From: an uncultured Candidatus Saccharibacteria bacterium
Lineage (GTDB): Bacteria > Patescibacteriota > WWE3 > UBA101185 > UBA10185
Assembly (NCBI GenBank): GCA_964643995.1
Contig: CAZXUJ010000001.1
Coordinates: 209,492 to 273,491, forward strand
Reading direction: 5' to 3'
DNA: 64,000 nucleotides
Each line of letters opens with the position of its first letter. Position 1 is the stretch's first letter. Both the position numbers and the translations under genes were made by a program. The notes below the pieces were generated by a model. The model was given only the letters and a program-made list of their open reading frames with translations, searched no databases and was not told the origin of the DNA. Positions 1 to 9,843 of the stretch are shown piece by piece.

Positions 1-2
1 TG

Positions 3-1025
3 CAAAATCTCATCATAGGCGGAGCAGGATTTATAGGGTCAAATGTAGCTAATAAACTTTTAGCCAACAAAGAAAAGGTCATAGTTCTTGATAATCTCTC
101 AAGAAAAGGTTCAGAAAAAAACCTTAAATGGCTACAGAAAAAATTCGATAATAAATTTAGATTTGTTCAAGCGGACATTACCAAAGACATTAAAACTCTA
201 GATGAACTTATGAAAGAGACCGCTAGAATTTATCATTTTGCGGGTCAAGTAGCTGTAACCTCATCAGTTGAAAACCCAAGATTTGACTTTGAAACTAATG
301 CGCTTGGCACATTTAATGTTCTAGAGGCAATGAGAAAACATGCCAAGAAATCGTGTGCTTTAGTCTATTCCTCTACTAACAAAGTCTATGGTGGTATGGA
401 AAACGTAAGAATTGAAGAAACTGAAAATGGATATATATATTCAGATTTTCCCAAAGGCGTAGGAGAAGAAATGCCTTTAGACTTCCATTCTCCTTATGGC
501 TGTAGCAAAGGAACAGGGGATCAATACGTACGGGACTACTCACGAATTTACGGACTTAATACTGTAGTCTTCAGGCAATCATGTATTTACGGACCAAGAC
601 AGTTTGGCGTTGAGGACCAGGGCTGGGTGGCCTGGTTTGTTATAGCACTTCTAAAAAACAAAAGAATAACAATTTATGGAAATGGTAAACAAGTAAGGGA
701 TATTTTATACATCGATGATCTAGTGAATGCGTATGAGTTAGCCTTCGCAAATATTGAAAAAACAAAAGGCGAAATATTTAACATCGGAGGGGGACCTAAA
801 AACGTGATATCAATATGGCATGACTTCAAGCCTATACTAGAAGGGCTGTTTAATAAGAAGATCGATGTTTCATACGCTGATTGGCGACCAGGAGATCAAA
901 AAATATTTGTTAGTGACATAGATAAAGCATACAAAACTTTCGGATGGAAACCTCAATATTCTCCGAAAGAGGGGATAAAAGAACTTCATAAGTGGGCATC
1001 AATGAATAGTGATCTTTTCAACTAA
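3..1025 (+). CDS. NAD-dependent epimerase/dehydratase, extended-SDR family (CDP-paratose 2-epimerase-like). The 5' end lies at or before the window edge.
   Basis: Frame-3 translation from nt 3 reads QNLIIGGAGFIGSNV (Rossmann GxxGxxG) with no upstream stop. The YSSTNKVYG and YGCSKGTGDQY (YxxxK) motifs are present, as are LDNLSRKG, DQGWV and GNGKQVRD blocks typical of the tyvelose/paratose epimerase subfamily. The ORF-track entry 210..1025 covers only the C-terminal part. Confidence 0.75.
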   Translation, partial: QNLIIGGAGFIGSNVANKLLANKEKVIVLDNLSRKGSEKNLKWLQKKFDNKFRFVQADITKDIKTLDELMKETARIYHFAGQVAVTSSVENPRFDFETNALGTFNVLEAMRKHAKKSCALVYSSTNKVYGGMENVRIEETENGYIYSDFPKGVGEEMPLDFHSPYGCSKGTGDQYVRDYSRIYGLNTVVFRQSCIYGPRQFGVEDQGWVAWFVIALLKNKRITIYGNGKQVRDILYIDDLVNAYELAFANIEKTKGEIFNIGGGPKNVISIWHDFKPILEGLFNKKIDVSYADWRPGDQKIFVSDIDKAYKTFGWKPQYSPKEGIKELHKWASMNSDLFN

Positions 1026-1030
1026 CGGAC

Positions 1031-1666
1031 TTAGGCATGCTTAGTAACTATGGCAACGTTGTAGGCTAAAAACATTGTAGGCGAGAAATTTTCCATAAGC
1101 CATTCGTAAAATTTAAAAAAACCTAAATATTTTGTCGGATAAAAGTGTGATTCGAAATGCTTAAACTCTATAGTCTGACTAGTGTAAGCATTATTTACAA
1201 TTTCTGTGAAATAACTCTGTGTGAAATGTTCATGTCCCAATTTTTTTACCATGTGAGGATAAAACAACGGATTGAATCTATTTCCCTCAACAATAATAAT
1301 TTTGCCACCTGGTTTAACTACACGTAAAACTTCCTTCAAACCTGCTAGATGCTTTTCATAGGACTGTGTTTCCTCATCAATATGATGTAAAACGTCATGG
1401 AAGAATACATAATCGAATTTATTGTCCTCAAAAGGTATTTCATAAATTCCAGCAATTTGAAATTTCAATAAGGAAATTGTTTTAATGTTATCGTTCTCAT
1501 AGACATCAATGCCATAAGTATCGAGCTTATAATGGTTGATAAAAACCTTTGAATCTTCTCCATCACCGCAACCCAAATCCAATAAAGTCTTACCCGCTTT
1601 AAAATCAAAGTTAAGTTTATTAAAAATATCATCACGATATTGATGCCCGGTAGTAACCTGTGTCAT
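1031..1666 (-). CDS. Class I SAM-dependent methyltransferase
   Basis: The ORF carries motif I LDLGCGDGEDS and the post-I acidic residue GIDV, and is 211 aa long. It sits inside the glycan cluster, so sugar O-methylation is a likely role. Confidence 0.7.
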   Translation of the reverse strand: MTQVTTGHQYRDDIFNKLNFDFKAGKTLLDLGCGDGEDSKVFINHYKLDTYGIDVYENDNIKTISLLKFQIAGIYEIPFEDNKFDYVFFHDVLHHIDEETQSYEKHLAGLKEVLRVVKPGGKIIIVEGNRFNPLFYPHMVKKLGHEHFTQSYFTEIVNNAYTSQTIEFKHFESHFYPTKYLGFFKFYEWLMENFSPTMFLAYNVAIVTKHA

Positions 1667-1686
1667 TTGGTTAAGTATATTACGTT

Positions 1687-2862
1687 TTACTCTGTAGATA
1701 CACCCATTTCGTTAAACACCTTTTTGAAGATATTTTCCCAGGTCATGTTCTTGCTGTATTCGTAAACATTTTTCTCTATTTGTTTTCTCTCGTCGGGTCT
1801 AGACAACAAATCAGAAATCCCTTCAACAAAAGACTCAACATTGTATTTAACAACTCTTCCTAGATTATGTTTCTCAACGTCCTCGGATATTGGTATGACT
1901 GAGGTGGTTATAAGTGGTAAACCACATGACATGTAGTCTTTTGGTTTAGTTACATCAGAAAATCTTTTGTAAGTTGTTTCGTTATCCTCGTATGTAGCTA
2001 ACCCCAAAGTACTTTCTTTCAAAAGCTTCAGCCAACGCTCACGCTCATTAGTTGTATTGATAAATCCTACAAAGTTTACGTTTTTTTCAACTTTTAGATC
2101 AGCAACCATTTTTTTGAGCTCCGCTTCCAAAACACCAGCTCCAATTATTCTCAACTCAATATCTGGAAATTTTGCGATTAGGTGAGGCATCGATTCAATA
2201 AGAAGCTCTAGACCAAACTCGGGACTTAAACTGCCACTATAAACAATTACATTATCTTTTCTAGTGGTCTGAACTTTTTCAGCTTCGTCAATCGGTACAC
2301 CAATTGGAACAACAAGTTGAATTTTCTTTGTAGCAGATTCCCCTAACTCCAAAACTCTTTGACGTGACATACGATCTGAAACATTCCACGTGAAGTCACT
2401 TCCATAAAATGCTTTTCGATCCATCCATACATAAAACCTGTTCAGATACTTATTTTTGAAGCGACCATGCATGACGTAATCAATAGTCATAAAAACAACT
2501 TTGTCGACTTTACCTATCTTTTTTAGCAGAAGCCCAAAAAGTGCATTAAAGGAATCGATTCCAATGAAATAATCAAACTTACCCTTTGAGCTGAAAATAT
2601 AATAAAGGGTATAGAAAGCATCGCGCGCGTAAAGTAAAAACTCATTTGCAGGAAGTTTCGGCGATTGCTTTTTTTTCTTTAAATCACCATTTAGGTAATG
2701 TTCCATGTAAGAAACACTGTTTTTAGCGTAGGCAAAAATATGCCCGATATACAGAGTCTCGCTGACTTTGCTTTCGACTAGGAAGTCTTTTAGCTCTTGG
2801 CCGCTGCCTTTAAAGAACTCATGAGTAACAACAGTGATATGTAAACTTCGCAATCTTGTCAT
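1687..2862 (-). CDS. Glycosyltransferase, GT-B fold (GT4-like, divergent)
   Basis: At 391 aa, the C-terminal half shows the GT4-like pattern (VYSGSLSPEFGLELLIESMP, then a nucleotide-binding region). It lies in the GT-rich cluster and overlaps the next gene by 1 nt. Confidence 0.55.
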   Translation of the reverse strand: MTRLRSLHITVVTHEFFKGSGQELKDFLVESKVSETLYIGHIFAYAKNSVSYMEHYLNGDLKKKKQSPKLPANEFLLYARDAFYTLYYIFSSKGKFDYFIGIDSFNALFGLLLKKIGKVDKVVFMTIDYVMHGRFKNKYLNRFYVWMDRKAFYGSDFTWNVSDRMSRQRVLELGESATKKIQLVVPIGVPIDEAEKVQTTRKDNVIVYSGSLSPEFGLELLIESMPHLIAKFPDIELRIIGAGVLEAELKKMVADLKVEKNVNFVGFINTTNERERWLKLLKESTLGLATYEDNETTYKRFSDVTKPKDYMSCGLPLITTSVIPISEDVEKHNLGRVVKYNVESFVEGISDLLSRPDERKQIEKNVYEYSKNMTWENIFKKVFNEMGVSTE

Positions 2863-3920
2863 CAGTCTTTTTCAAAGTGTCCACTTGAGCAAATTTCAGC
2901 GATTATTGCATTAGCATCATATTGATATTTCCATTTAGGATAATGGTTCTGAAACTTACTTACATCAGAAACATACCAAATATGATCACCCTCCCTGTTT
3001 TTTTCATCATAAGTAATCTTGCCCTTCTTACCAAGAATCTTTTCTGTTTTATCAATTGCTTCCTGCATAGATACATTTGAGTGCCTCGAACCACCCATAT
3101 TGTAAACCTCAGCAACACGGGGAGCTTTGTAAAATTCATAAAAAGCAGAGATTAGATCGGCCGAGTGGATATTGTCACGAACTTGTTTACCTTTATAACC
3201 AAAGATGGTGTAAGGTTTCCCCTCAGCTATGCACTTTACTAAATATGCCAAAAAACCATGAAGTTGTGTTCCAGAATGCGAAGGCCCTGTTAAGCAACCA
3301 CCGCGAAAAATTGCAGTCTTAAGATTGAAGTACCTACCATACTCCTGTACTAACACATCTGCTGCAACTTTGGATGCACCAAATATGCTGTGTTTGGATT
3401 GATCAATTGACATACTCTCATCTATTCCATTTTTGTATTTATGATTTGGATCTATTTCAAAACGGGTTTCTAATTCTATCAAAGGTAGAAAATTCGGAGT
3501 ATCTCCATACACTTTGTTAGTGCTTGTGAAAATAAAAACAGCCTCGGGGCAATATTTGCGGAATGCTTCCAGAATGTTCAAAGTTCCATTCGCATTAACC
3601 GTAAAATCCGTTATAGGCTCTTTTGCTGCCCAGTCGTGAGATGGTTGCGCCGCGGAATGAATAATTAAATCAAAAATATTTTCTTTAAATATAGCGTCTA
3701 CATCACTTTGATTACGAATATCTATTGAATAATGTTTGTAGTTTTTATACTGTTCTTCTAACAACCGTCTGTTCCAGTCGGTACTAGCCTCATCACCAAA
3801 AAAGTATTTGCGCATATCGTTATCAAAACCGATAACATCAAAACCTAAAGAACAAAAAAACTTAACTGCTTCGGACCCGATCAATCCGGCTGAACCTGTT
3901 ACTAAAACTTTTTTTGTCAT
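2862..3920 (-). CDS. NAD-dependent epimerase/dehydratase (extended SDR), nucleotide-sugar modifying
   Basis: The N-terminus [15 protein letters not shown] is a GxxGxxG Rossmann motif. STNKVYGD, the YxxxK motif in [17 protein letters not shown], and GKQVRDNIH are also present. Confidence 0.8.
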   Translation of the reverse strand: MTKKVLVTGSAGLIGSEAVKFFCSLGFDVIGFDNDMRKYFFGDEASTDWNRRLLEEQYKNYKHYSIDIRNQSDVDAIFKENIFDLIIHSAAQPSHDWAAKEPITDFTVNANGTLNILEAFRKYCPEAVFIFTSTNKVYGDTPNFLPLIELETRFEIDPNHKYKNGIDESMSIDQSKHSIFGASKVAADVLVQEYGRYFNLKTAIFRGGCLTGPSHSGTQLHGFLAYLVKCIAEGKPYTIFGYKGKQVRDNIHSADLISAFYEFYKAPRVAEVYNMGGSRHSNVSMQEAIDKTEKILGKKGKITYDEKNREGDHIWYVSDVSKFQNHYPKWKYQYDANAIIAEICSSGHFEKD

Positions 3921-3928
3921 AATTTCCT

Positions 3929-4762
3929 TTACCTAACTTTTTTAAATTTTGAAATTGCAAATCCAAGCATCAATCCTACCACATCAATGCCCCTTATAAT
4001 TATGAAACACAATACAACTAGAGGGTGTACAAGAATTTCACGTGAGATTTTGCGGATGTAAACACGAACCATCCTAAAGAACTTATGTAGTAAGTCGCCA
4101 CTTTGTTGGGAAACATATGCTCCGGAAGCTTGCCCATACTGCAATTTCTTTTTGAATTCTTTTAGTGGGGTTGTTGATCCCGTATGGTGTAAAACAATCT
4201 TTTTAGATCGTGAAACTTTACCTAATTTTCTGAACTGCTCATGGATATACCAATCCTCGCCAGAGGATATTGTCTCGTTATACATTGTCTTTTCAAAAAC
4301 AGCTCGCCTAGACACACGCGCAGCCTCAGAACCAACTTCATCCAAAAAACTGCGCTCGAACGCTTTTGCTTGTGCCCATATATTTGTCGGGACATCCTTC
4401 TCAGGTACGATAACCGCAGCAACTTCGTTATCATCAAATATAGTCGCCAACTCTTGTAACAAACCCTTTTCAAGTTCCATATCAGCATCAATGTTATAGA
4501 TAATTGCCCCATTACTATTCTTAAACCCAATATTTCGTGATCGGGCAGGAGGTTGGTATATTGCTGTTTTCTTTACCGTAATTACTTTGGCATTAAACCT
4601 TTTGGCAATCTCACCTGTGTTATCGGTAGATTCTTGGTCAACGACAATAATTTCATAAAGGCCATAACCATTATTAACAATGGAGTTTAGACACCTTTCA
4701 ATATTTCTTCCTTCGTTGCGCGTAGGAATAATTACTGAGACAACTTTATTTGACATAATCAT
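3929..4762 (-). CDS. GT2 glycosyltransferase (GT-A fold)
   Basis: The N-terminus [18 protein letters not shown] resembles Glycos_transf_2, and YNIDADMEL is a DxD-like motif. Confidence 0.75.
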   Translation of the reverse strand: MIMSNKVVSVIIPTRNEGRNIERCLNSIVNNGYGLYEIIVVDQESTDNTGEIAKRFNAKVITVKKTAIYQPPARSRNIGFKNSNGAIIYNIDADMELEKGLLQELATIFDDNEVAAVIVPEKDVPTNIWAQAKAFERSFLDEVGSEAARVSRRAVFEKTMYNETISSGEDWYIHEQFRKLGKVSRSKKIVLHHTGSTTPLKEFKKKLQYGQASGAYVSQQSGDLLHKFFRMVRVYIRKISREILVHPLVVLCFIIIRGIDVVGLMLGFAISKFKKVR

Positions 4763-5553
4763 TTACTTTTAACAGCTCTGGGCTGGAGCTCTTTGGCGAC
4801 GTGCCAGTTTTTACGATTTTCCGAGCTATAATACTTTAATACATGCATACGATAAAAAATTGCTACTGTATCAATTAGCATATTTTGTATAAACGGTTCC
4901 ATAAATAAAAACTTTTTAAATCTTGATCCACTAAAGTCAAAGCTTATTTCAACAGGGGCCTCATAGATTCTTTTATAACCTAGATAATGTGCTACAGCCA
5001 AAATCTCAATGTCAAAGGCATACTGCTTAACCACTAGTCTGGGAAGAACATCCTCAAGAACTTTTCTTCGATACACCTTGAGCCCTGCTTGAGTATCTTT
5101 AATTTTTAGGCCAAAGAGTGTCTTAATCAAAATAAAGTAACCCCAACTGTATATCTTGCGCAAAAAGGGATAAGCTACTTTCGAAGCAGGATGGCGCTTA
5201 CTACCCACAATTATGTCAGCTTGGTACCACTCCATATGTTCTAAGAGCAAAGAAATACCATTGGGGTTTATTTCCATTCCCGCATCTATGAAAGATATGA
5301 CGTCGCCCTTTGCACGCGCCATGCCATAACGTATTGCATAACCTTTCCCACTATTGTGCTCATATCCGTATACCCTGACATTTTTTTTGGCTATTTTTTT
5401 GGCGTTCTGATATGTTTTGTCTACAAATCCGTCTACAACCACGACGATTTCAAAATCCCAACGCGTACTGGACATAACCTCATAGATATTTTCGATATCC
5501 TTTTTGATAGTTTTTTCTTGTTTGTAAGCTGGAATTACTATTGAAACTAGCAT
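4759..5553 (-). CDS. GT2 glycosyltransferase, Dpm1/GtrB-like polyprenol-phosphate sugar synthase candidate
   Basis: VSIVIPAYKQEKTI and VVVDGFVDKT are present, FIDAGMEI is DxD-like, and the 264 aa size suits the soluble Dpm1 class. Confidence 0.7.
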   Translation of the reverse strand: MLVSIVIPAYKQEKTIKKDIENIYEVMSSTRWDFEIVVVVDGFVDKTYQNAKKIAKKNVRVYGYEHNSGKGYAIRYGMARAKGDVISFIDAGMEINPNGISLLLEHMEWYQADIIVGSKRHPASKVAYPFLRKIYSWGYFILIKTLFGLKIKDTQAGLKVYRRKVLEDVLPRLVVKQYAFDIEILAVAHYLGYKRIYEAPVEISFDFSGSRFKKFLFMEPFIQNMLIDTVAIFYRMHVLKYYSSENRKNWHVAKELQPRAVKSK

Positions 5554-5559
5554 ACATAT

Positions 5560-6696
5560 TTATAATAGCACGCTCAAATTTTCATAAAACGTTCTCGCCT
5601 GAAGATCCCAGTCAAATTGACGAGAGTATTCCAAGGCAGTTCGACATAGGTCAGGATTATTTTTAACTCTAAGTATATTTGAGGCTACCTGATCGAGATT
5701 ATCATCATCCGCTAAATACCCACTAACAGCATCCTTTACTGAGTCAGTGCAACCCTTAACCTTGAAGGCTACTACCGGCGTCCCCATACGATTTGCCTCT
5801 ATGTTCACGAGTCCCCAGCCCTCAAGATAACTAGGATTATATAAAACGTGAGCTTTTCCTAGAAGTTCAAACTTTTCAGTACCATCTAGGAACCCCAAAA
5901 AATCTACTGAATCTGATATACCTAGATCCTCACATAACTGCTTTAGATATGTTATGTATGAATCTTCTCCACGACCAACAACTTGAAATCTAGCGGAAGG
6001 TATAGACTTTTTTACAAGCTGAAATGTCTTAAGACCCCGTTCGATACCTTTCATCTTCACAATCCTGTTTAAATACACTATCGTAAAATCTTTATTCTTT
6101 TCTGGAACAACATTTATCAAGGGTGCCGTAACTCCGTAGTACACGATAGTGATATGTTCTTTCTTAATACCAAGTTTGTTTACTAAGTCAGAAGCGGTGC
6201 TGGGAGAATTAGCAATGAATTTTATTCCTAGTATTTTATATATTAAGAACATCGTGTTTTCACAAATCCTACCTAAAAGCACAACTGGTAATGGATACAT
6301 TAGCTTCCAGATAGCACCTGCTACCTCATGTATGTATACAATCTTCTTCTCTTTGACATAAAATGGAGTCAAGTATGGTATGCCATGAACCTGATCTATA
6401 ACTACGTCAATATTTCCACGAAAAGACTTAAAATACTTCGTAACAACACCAATGTAAAACAAAGGGAACCTATAAAATAGTTGAAACACGTTGCGAGTCA
6501 AAGGTTTTCCTACATAATAGAATTTCACACCGTCGATTATTTCTTCGCTAGTTGAAACATCATATTTTGGAGAGATCCAACAAACTTCAGCATTGAACTC
6601 TTTTACCCAACGCTTGGCAAATTCAAAAGTGGCTCGCTCGGCCCCACCTTCAAGCGGATCTTTTATAGATCTCCAGTTTAGGATTAATATCCTCAT
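5560..6696 (-). CDS. GT4 glycosyltransferase
   Basis: The C-terminal EGWGLVNIEANRMGTPVVAF matches the GT4 EX7E region. The ORF is 378 aa. Confidence 0.75.
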   Translation of the reverse strand: MRILILNWRSIKDPLEGGAERATFEFAKRWVKEFNAEVCWISPKYDVSTSEEIIDGVKFYYVGKPLTRNVFQLFYRFPLFYIGVVTKYFKSFRGNIDVVIDQVHGIPYLTPFYVKEKKIVYIHEVAGAIWKLMYPLPVVLLGRICENTMFLIYKILGIKFIANSPSTASDLVNKLGIKKEHITIVYYGVTAPLINVVPEKNKDFTIVYLNRIVKMKGIERGLKTFQLVKKSIPSARFQVVGRGEDSYITYLKQLCEDLGISDSVDFLGFLDGTEKFELLGKAHVLYNPSYLEGWGLVNIEANRMGTPVVAFKVKGCTDSVKDAVSGYLADDDNLDQVASNILRVKNNPDLCRTALEYSRQFDWDLQARTFYENLSVLL

Positions 6697-8321
6697 GGCT
6701 CAACGACCCTCATGTAAACATTGTATACAGGCACACCACGCAGATAGATCGAGTCCACAAATTCAATATTGAACCTATCCTCTAAGGCAGAGTCATCCTC
6801 CCAAACTGGATAAACAAAATAATTTGCAACTTTGGCATGCGGAGTAAGATCTTTTATAATCGCCCACGCACCAATTTCACGAATAAAAGGGTGAATTTGC
6901 GTGTAGTATTTTTCAGGGAAACCTATCACTAACCTAGTACCCAAATCTTCATTTGCGAATAGTGTGTCAAAAGCCTCACCTTTCTTAAAGTTTTCTAGGC
7001 CCTGATTCTGCTTTAAGCTAGAAAAGTAAGCCACAATGGGGTCCTTTCCAATTAGCCACTTAGGTTCAATAACATTTATTCCATACTTCAGCCCACCAAT
7101 AAAAGGACTGTAATATGAAAAATAGTCAGGGTGTAAAACATGGGTTTGTAACAATGGAAACAAAAATATAAACACTAACAAGTACATCGGCTTAAAGCGG
7201 GTAACTAAAGAGTTGAATACCCATGTAACAAAAACAGACGAGACCAAAAGTGAAGCTACGATGGCGGGTAACAAATATCGATCAAGTTTTTTTGAAGGAA
7301 TAGACATCTCGAGAGCATAAAAAGCAACGAACAAAAATACATAAAGCAAAAAACGCTTGGAAATAAAGTATGCCTTTTTATAAACAAACAATGCACCCAA
7401 TAATCCAATGATCAGATACACCGATGAACGTGCAAGAAAAACAACAGGATAAAATGTTAGTCCAGGATCCTGCACTAATTTTCCAAAATAAAGCTGAATG
7501 TGGCCTTCTTCAATGCCTGTTTCGAATATTCCACTACCAAGGCTTGTTAACACCTCCGTAGGAATGACCCACATAGCTGGCCAAAGAAGTACATAAAACA
7601 ATAACGAGGCCAATAGCCATTTTGTAAACGGCCACATAGCCAACTTGAGTGATTTTATAAACAATTTAGAACCTAAGTAGATGTTTAAAAACAGAATCAG
7701 CGGAGTATAGAGTACTAGGAACAATGCTGATGTCTTGGTTAGAAATGCCAATGCCGCAAAAAAAGCAGAAATGTATAGTGTTTTATTTCTTGGTGCGCTT
7801 AGGTAATAGTATAGCCAAACAAATGAGGTTAACATAAAGGTAGACATTAAACCTTCCAAATGGATTACTCTCGTCAGCGCAATGTAAAATGGCTCCAAGG
7901 TAAGAAGTACTATAAAGACAAGAGCATACGTCTTGGAAAAGAGTTTACGCAAAACATAAAACACAGAGGTTAAGGTCAAGCCCAAACACAAAACAATTAC
8001 AAGCTTCTGAAAAAAATGCAAGGTAAAAATAACTGAAACATCGTTGTCAGGTGGGTTCATACCCAAAATTACTTTGTAGTAAAAAGAGTTTAATTTGACA
8101 CCAATCGAACCTAACCACATTAAGGTCACACCAGGATGATATCTTTGTAAAGTCTGGTCGAAGTTTAGTATGAATATTCCCTGCCCGAAATCGTATATGC
8201 GTGATTTCCACTTCCAAACATCAGTGTTAAAGATTTCATGACCTAACGAAGGAAGTCGACTTAAAACAAAAAAAGCAAACACACATATTTCGTAATAATA
8301 CTTTTTAAGGGTTGATTTCAT
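6693..8321 (-). CDS. Large polytopic membrane protein, GT-C-like glycosyltransferase candidate (paralog A)
   Basis: The 542 aa protein has more than 10 predicted TM helices. Its first loop carries YHPGVTLMWL and it has a KKLDRYLLP motif; both are shared with ORF 9827..11377. A C-terminal soluble domain follows. Confidence 0.55.
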   Translation of the reverse strand: MKSTLKKYYYEICVFAFFVLSRLPSLGHEIFNTDVWKWKSRIYDFGQGIFILNFDQTLQRYHPGVTLMWLGSIGVKLNSFYYKVILGMNPPDNDVSVIFTLHFFQKLVIVLCLGLTLTSVFYVLRKLFSKTYALVFIVLLTLEPFYIALTRVIHLEGLMSTFMLTSFVWLYYYLSAPRNKTLYISAFFAALAFLTKTSALFLVLYTPLILFLNIYLGSKLFIKSLKLAMWPFTKWLLASLLFYVLLWPAMWVIPTEVLTSLGSGIFETGIEEGHIQLYFGKLVQDPGLTFYPVVFLARSSVYLIIGLLGALFVYKKAYFISKRFLLYVFLFVAFYALEMSIPSKKLDRYLLPAIVASLLVSSVFVTWVFNSLVTRFKPMYLLVFIFLFPLLQTHVLHPDYFSYYSPFIGGLKYGINVIEPKWLIGKDPIVAYFSSLKQNQGLENFKKGEAFDTLFANEDLGTRLVIGFPEKYYTQIHPFIREIGAWAIIKDLTPHAKVANYFVYPVWEDDSALEDRFNIEFVDSIYLRGVPVYNVYMRVVEP

Positions 8322-9843
8322 ATATAAAAATATTATCTCCTGTGCGGTTGTGAGCCGAAAACCAAGTTATGTAATAAATGTTACCTCGCTTGAGCAACCT
8401 ACGTTCGAAACTTTCGGCAGTAAAAAACTCAACCATTTCGTTATCACTTACGTTAAGGAACAGATAACCATGCTCTGATAGACTTTCTACCAAACCTATT
8501 TGTTTAGTATACTCATTATCCTTAAACTTCTCTAGCACAGGACCAAAACTATTTGAATTGTATATGAGAACATCTGAGGGTTTAATGTTTTTTTGCATCC
8601 AAGTGTAAAGCATGTTTCTAGTATCCTCCCGACTCAATACATAAACACTCTTTAAGCTCAGATACATAGGAGGGAAAAATAGCATAAAGACAAAAGCGAT
8701 TGTTCTTAGTCTTGAAGAGGTTAAAAATTTAATGTAGAAATTGGAAACAAAATAACCTACTGAAATGGCTAAATAGGGAAAAATCTGAATATAATAATGC
8801 GAACGGTTGCGTTCGAAACCTGATAGATAGAACGAGATTAGTAATGCAGGAAGAATATATATCCAAATAACATCAAATTTAAGCGGCTTAGTTTTGATGA
8901 TCGTATATAAAGCCATCAGTAATACAACCACATAAATAAGTAAAAAAGTGTAGCCAGTGTTCTCGGATAACTGAAAGAGATAGGTGTTAAAAAACTGGTA
9001 GAAGTGGGAAAAAACATCTACACTACCAACATTACTGAACTGCCAGAATGCTCCTGCAGGGCCATCTGTGCGAGAAAATGTTTTGAAATCAAATAGAGCG
9101 TAAGGCGTCCCTATCAAGAAACCAGCAATAGATACAATACCGGCAAGGACTAAATTTTTATATAGGCGCAGATTTTGTAACTTTGATTTTGAGTCATATA
9201 ACACTAACAAGTGAGCGAATATTATGCTCAGGGCAGATAGTGCACCATGGTACTTGGTGGATGCCGAAAAACCTACAAATAATCCAGCTAATAAATAGTA
9301 TTTTGTATCCTTATGTTTATAAATACATGCTGAAAAATAACACACCCAAGCAACAAAAAATGCACTTGGTACATCGATTAATGCAAGGTGAGAATGCCAA
9401 ACATGTAGAGGGATCAGGGCCATTGCCAGTGCTGCAAACAAACCGACATGAACACTGTAAAGCTTTTTACCAGTTAAATAAACCGGAAAGATAGTCAATG
9501 CGCCTAAGAACGCACTCAAAAAACGGGATATCAAATAAAATATTAATGGATCCCTCCAAAGCATGGGTAAATACTGTTGCAGTAATGGTTGTAAACCAAC
9601 TATCTGCAATACAGCACGTAATTTAATAAAGACAAAGTAAATTATAAAGTTGAAATAAAAGTATAAGTGTGGCCAATCAAAATGCTTAGGATTTAATTCA
9701 AAACGAATGCCCATCGCAGAGCGTATCACTGAAGGTTCATCCGGGTGAAAAATGAAGGGAACTGCATGTTGTATGCCGATTAGTCTAAGAGTTACTGCAA
9801 GCAAAAGAATAAAGAGTAGAATCCAATTAATTCTCTTTAACAT
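8305..9843 (-). CDS. Polytopic membrane protein, PMT/ArnT-like GT-C glycosyltransferase candidate
   Basis: The 512 aa protein has FHPDEPSVIR in the first extracytoplasmic loop (a DE-type motif as in PMT/ArnT) and many TM helices. A C-terminal soluble domain follows. Confidence 0.55.
   Translation of the reverse strand: MLKRINWILLFILLLAVTLRLIGIQHAVPFIFHPDEPSVIRSAMGIRFELNPKHFDWPHLYFYFNFIIYFVFIKLRAVLQIVGLQPLLQQYLPMLWRDPLIFYLISRFLSAFLGALTIFPVYLTGKKLYSVHVGLFAALAMALIPLHVWHSHLALIDVPSAFFVAWVCYFSACIYKHKDTKYYLLAGLFVGFSASTKYHGALSALSIIFAHLLVLYDSKSKLQNLRLYKNLVLAGIVSIAGFLIGTPYALFDFKTFSRTDGPAGAFWQFSNVGSVDVFSHFYQFFNTYLFQLSENTGYTFLLIYVVVLLMALYTIIKTKPLKFDVIWIYILPALLISFYLSGFERNRSHYYIQIFPYLAISVGYFVSNFYIKFLTSSRLRTIAFVFMLFFPPMYLSLKSVYVLSREDTRNMLYTWMQKNIKPSDVLIYNSNSFGPVLEKFKDNEYTKQIGLVESLSEHGYLFLNVSDNEMVEFFTAESFERRLLKRGNIYYITWFSAHNRTGDNIFIYEINP

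Noticed and set aside
4152-4530. Three small ORFs (4152..4499 +, 4222..4530 -, 4241..4459 +) nested inside and antisense to the GT2 gene 3929..4762
   Set aside because: They lie entirely within a well-supported CDS with no independent signals, a typical six-frame artefact in AT-rich DNA. The same applies to 3077..3322, 5356..5544, 6149..6361, 9183..9494, 12217..12498, 15894..16112, 16701..16919, 18556..18946, 19283..19474, 19804..20076, 20324..20542, 21497..21691, 22055..23093 and 24936..25208.
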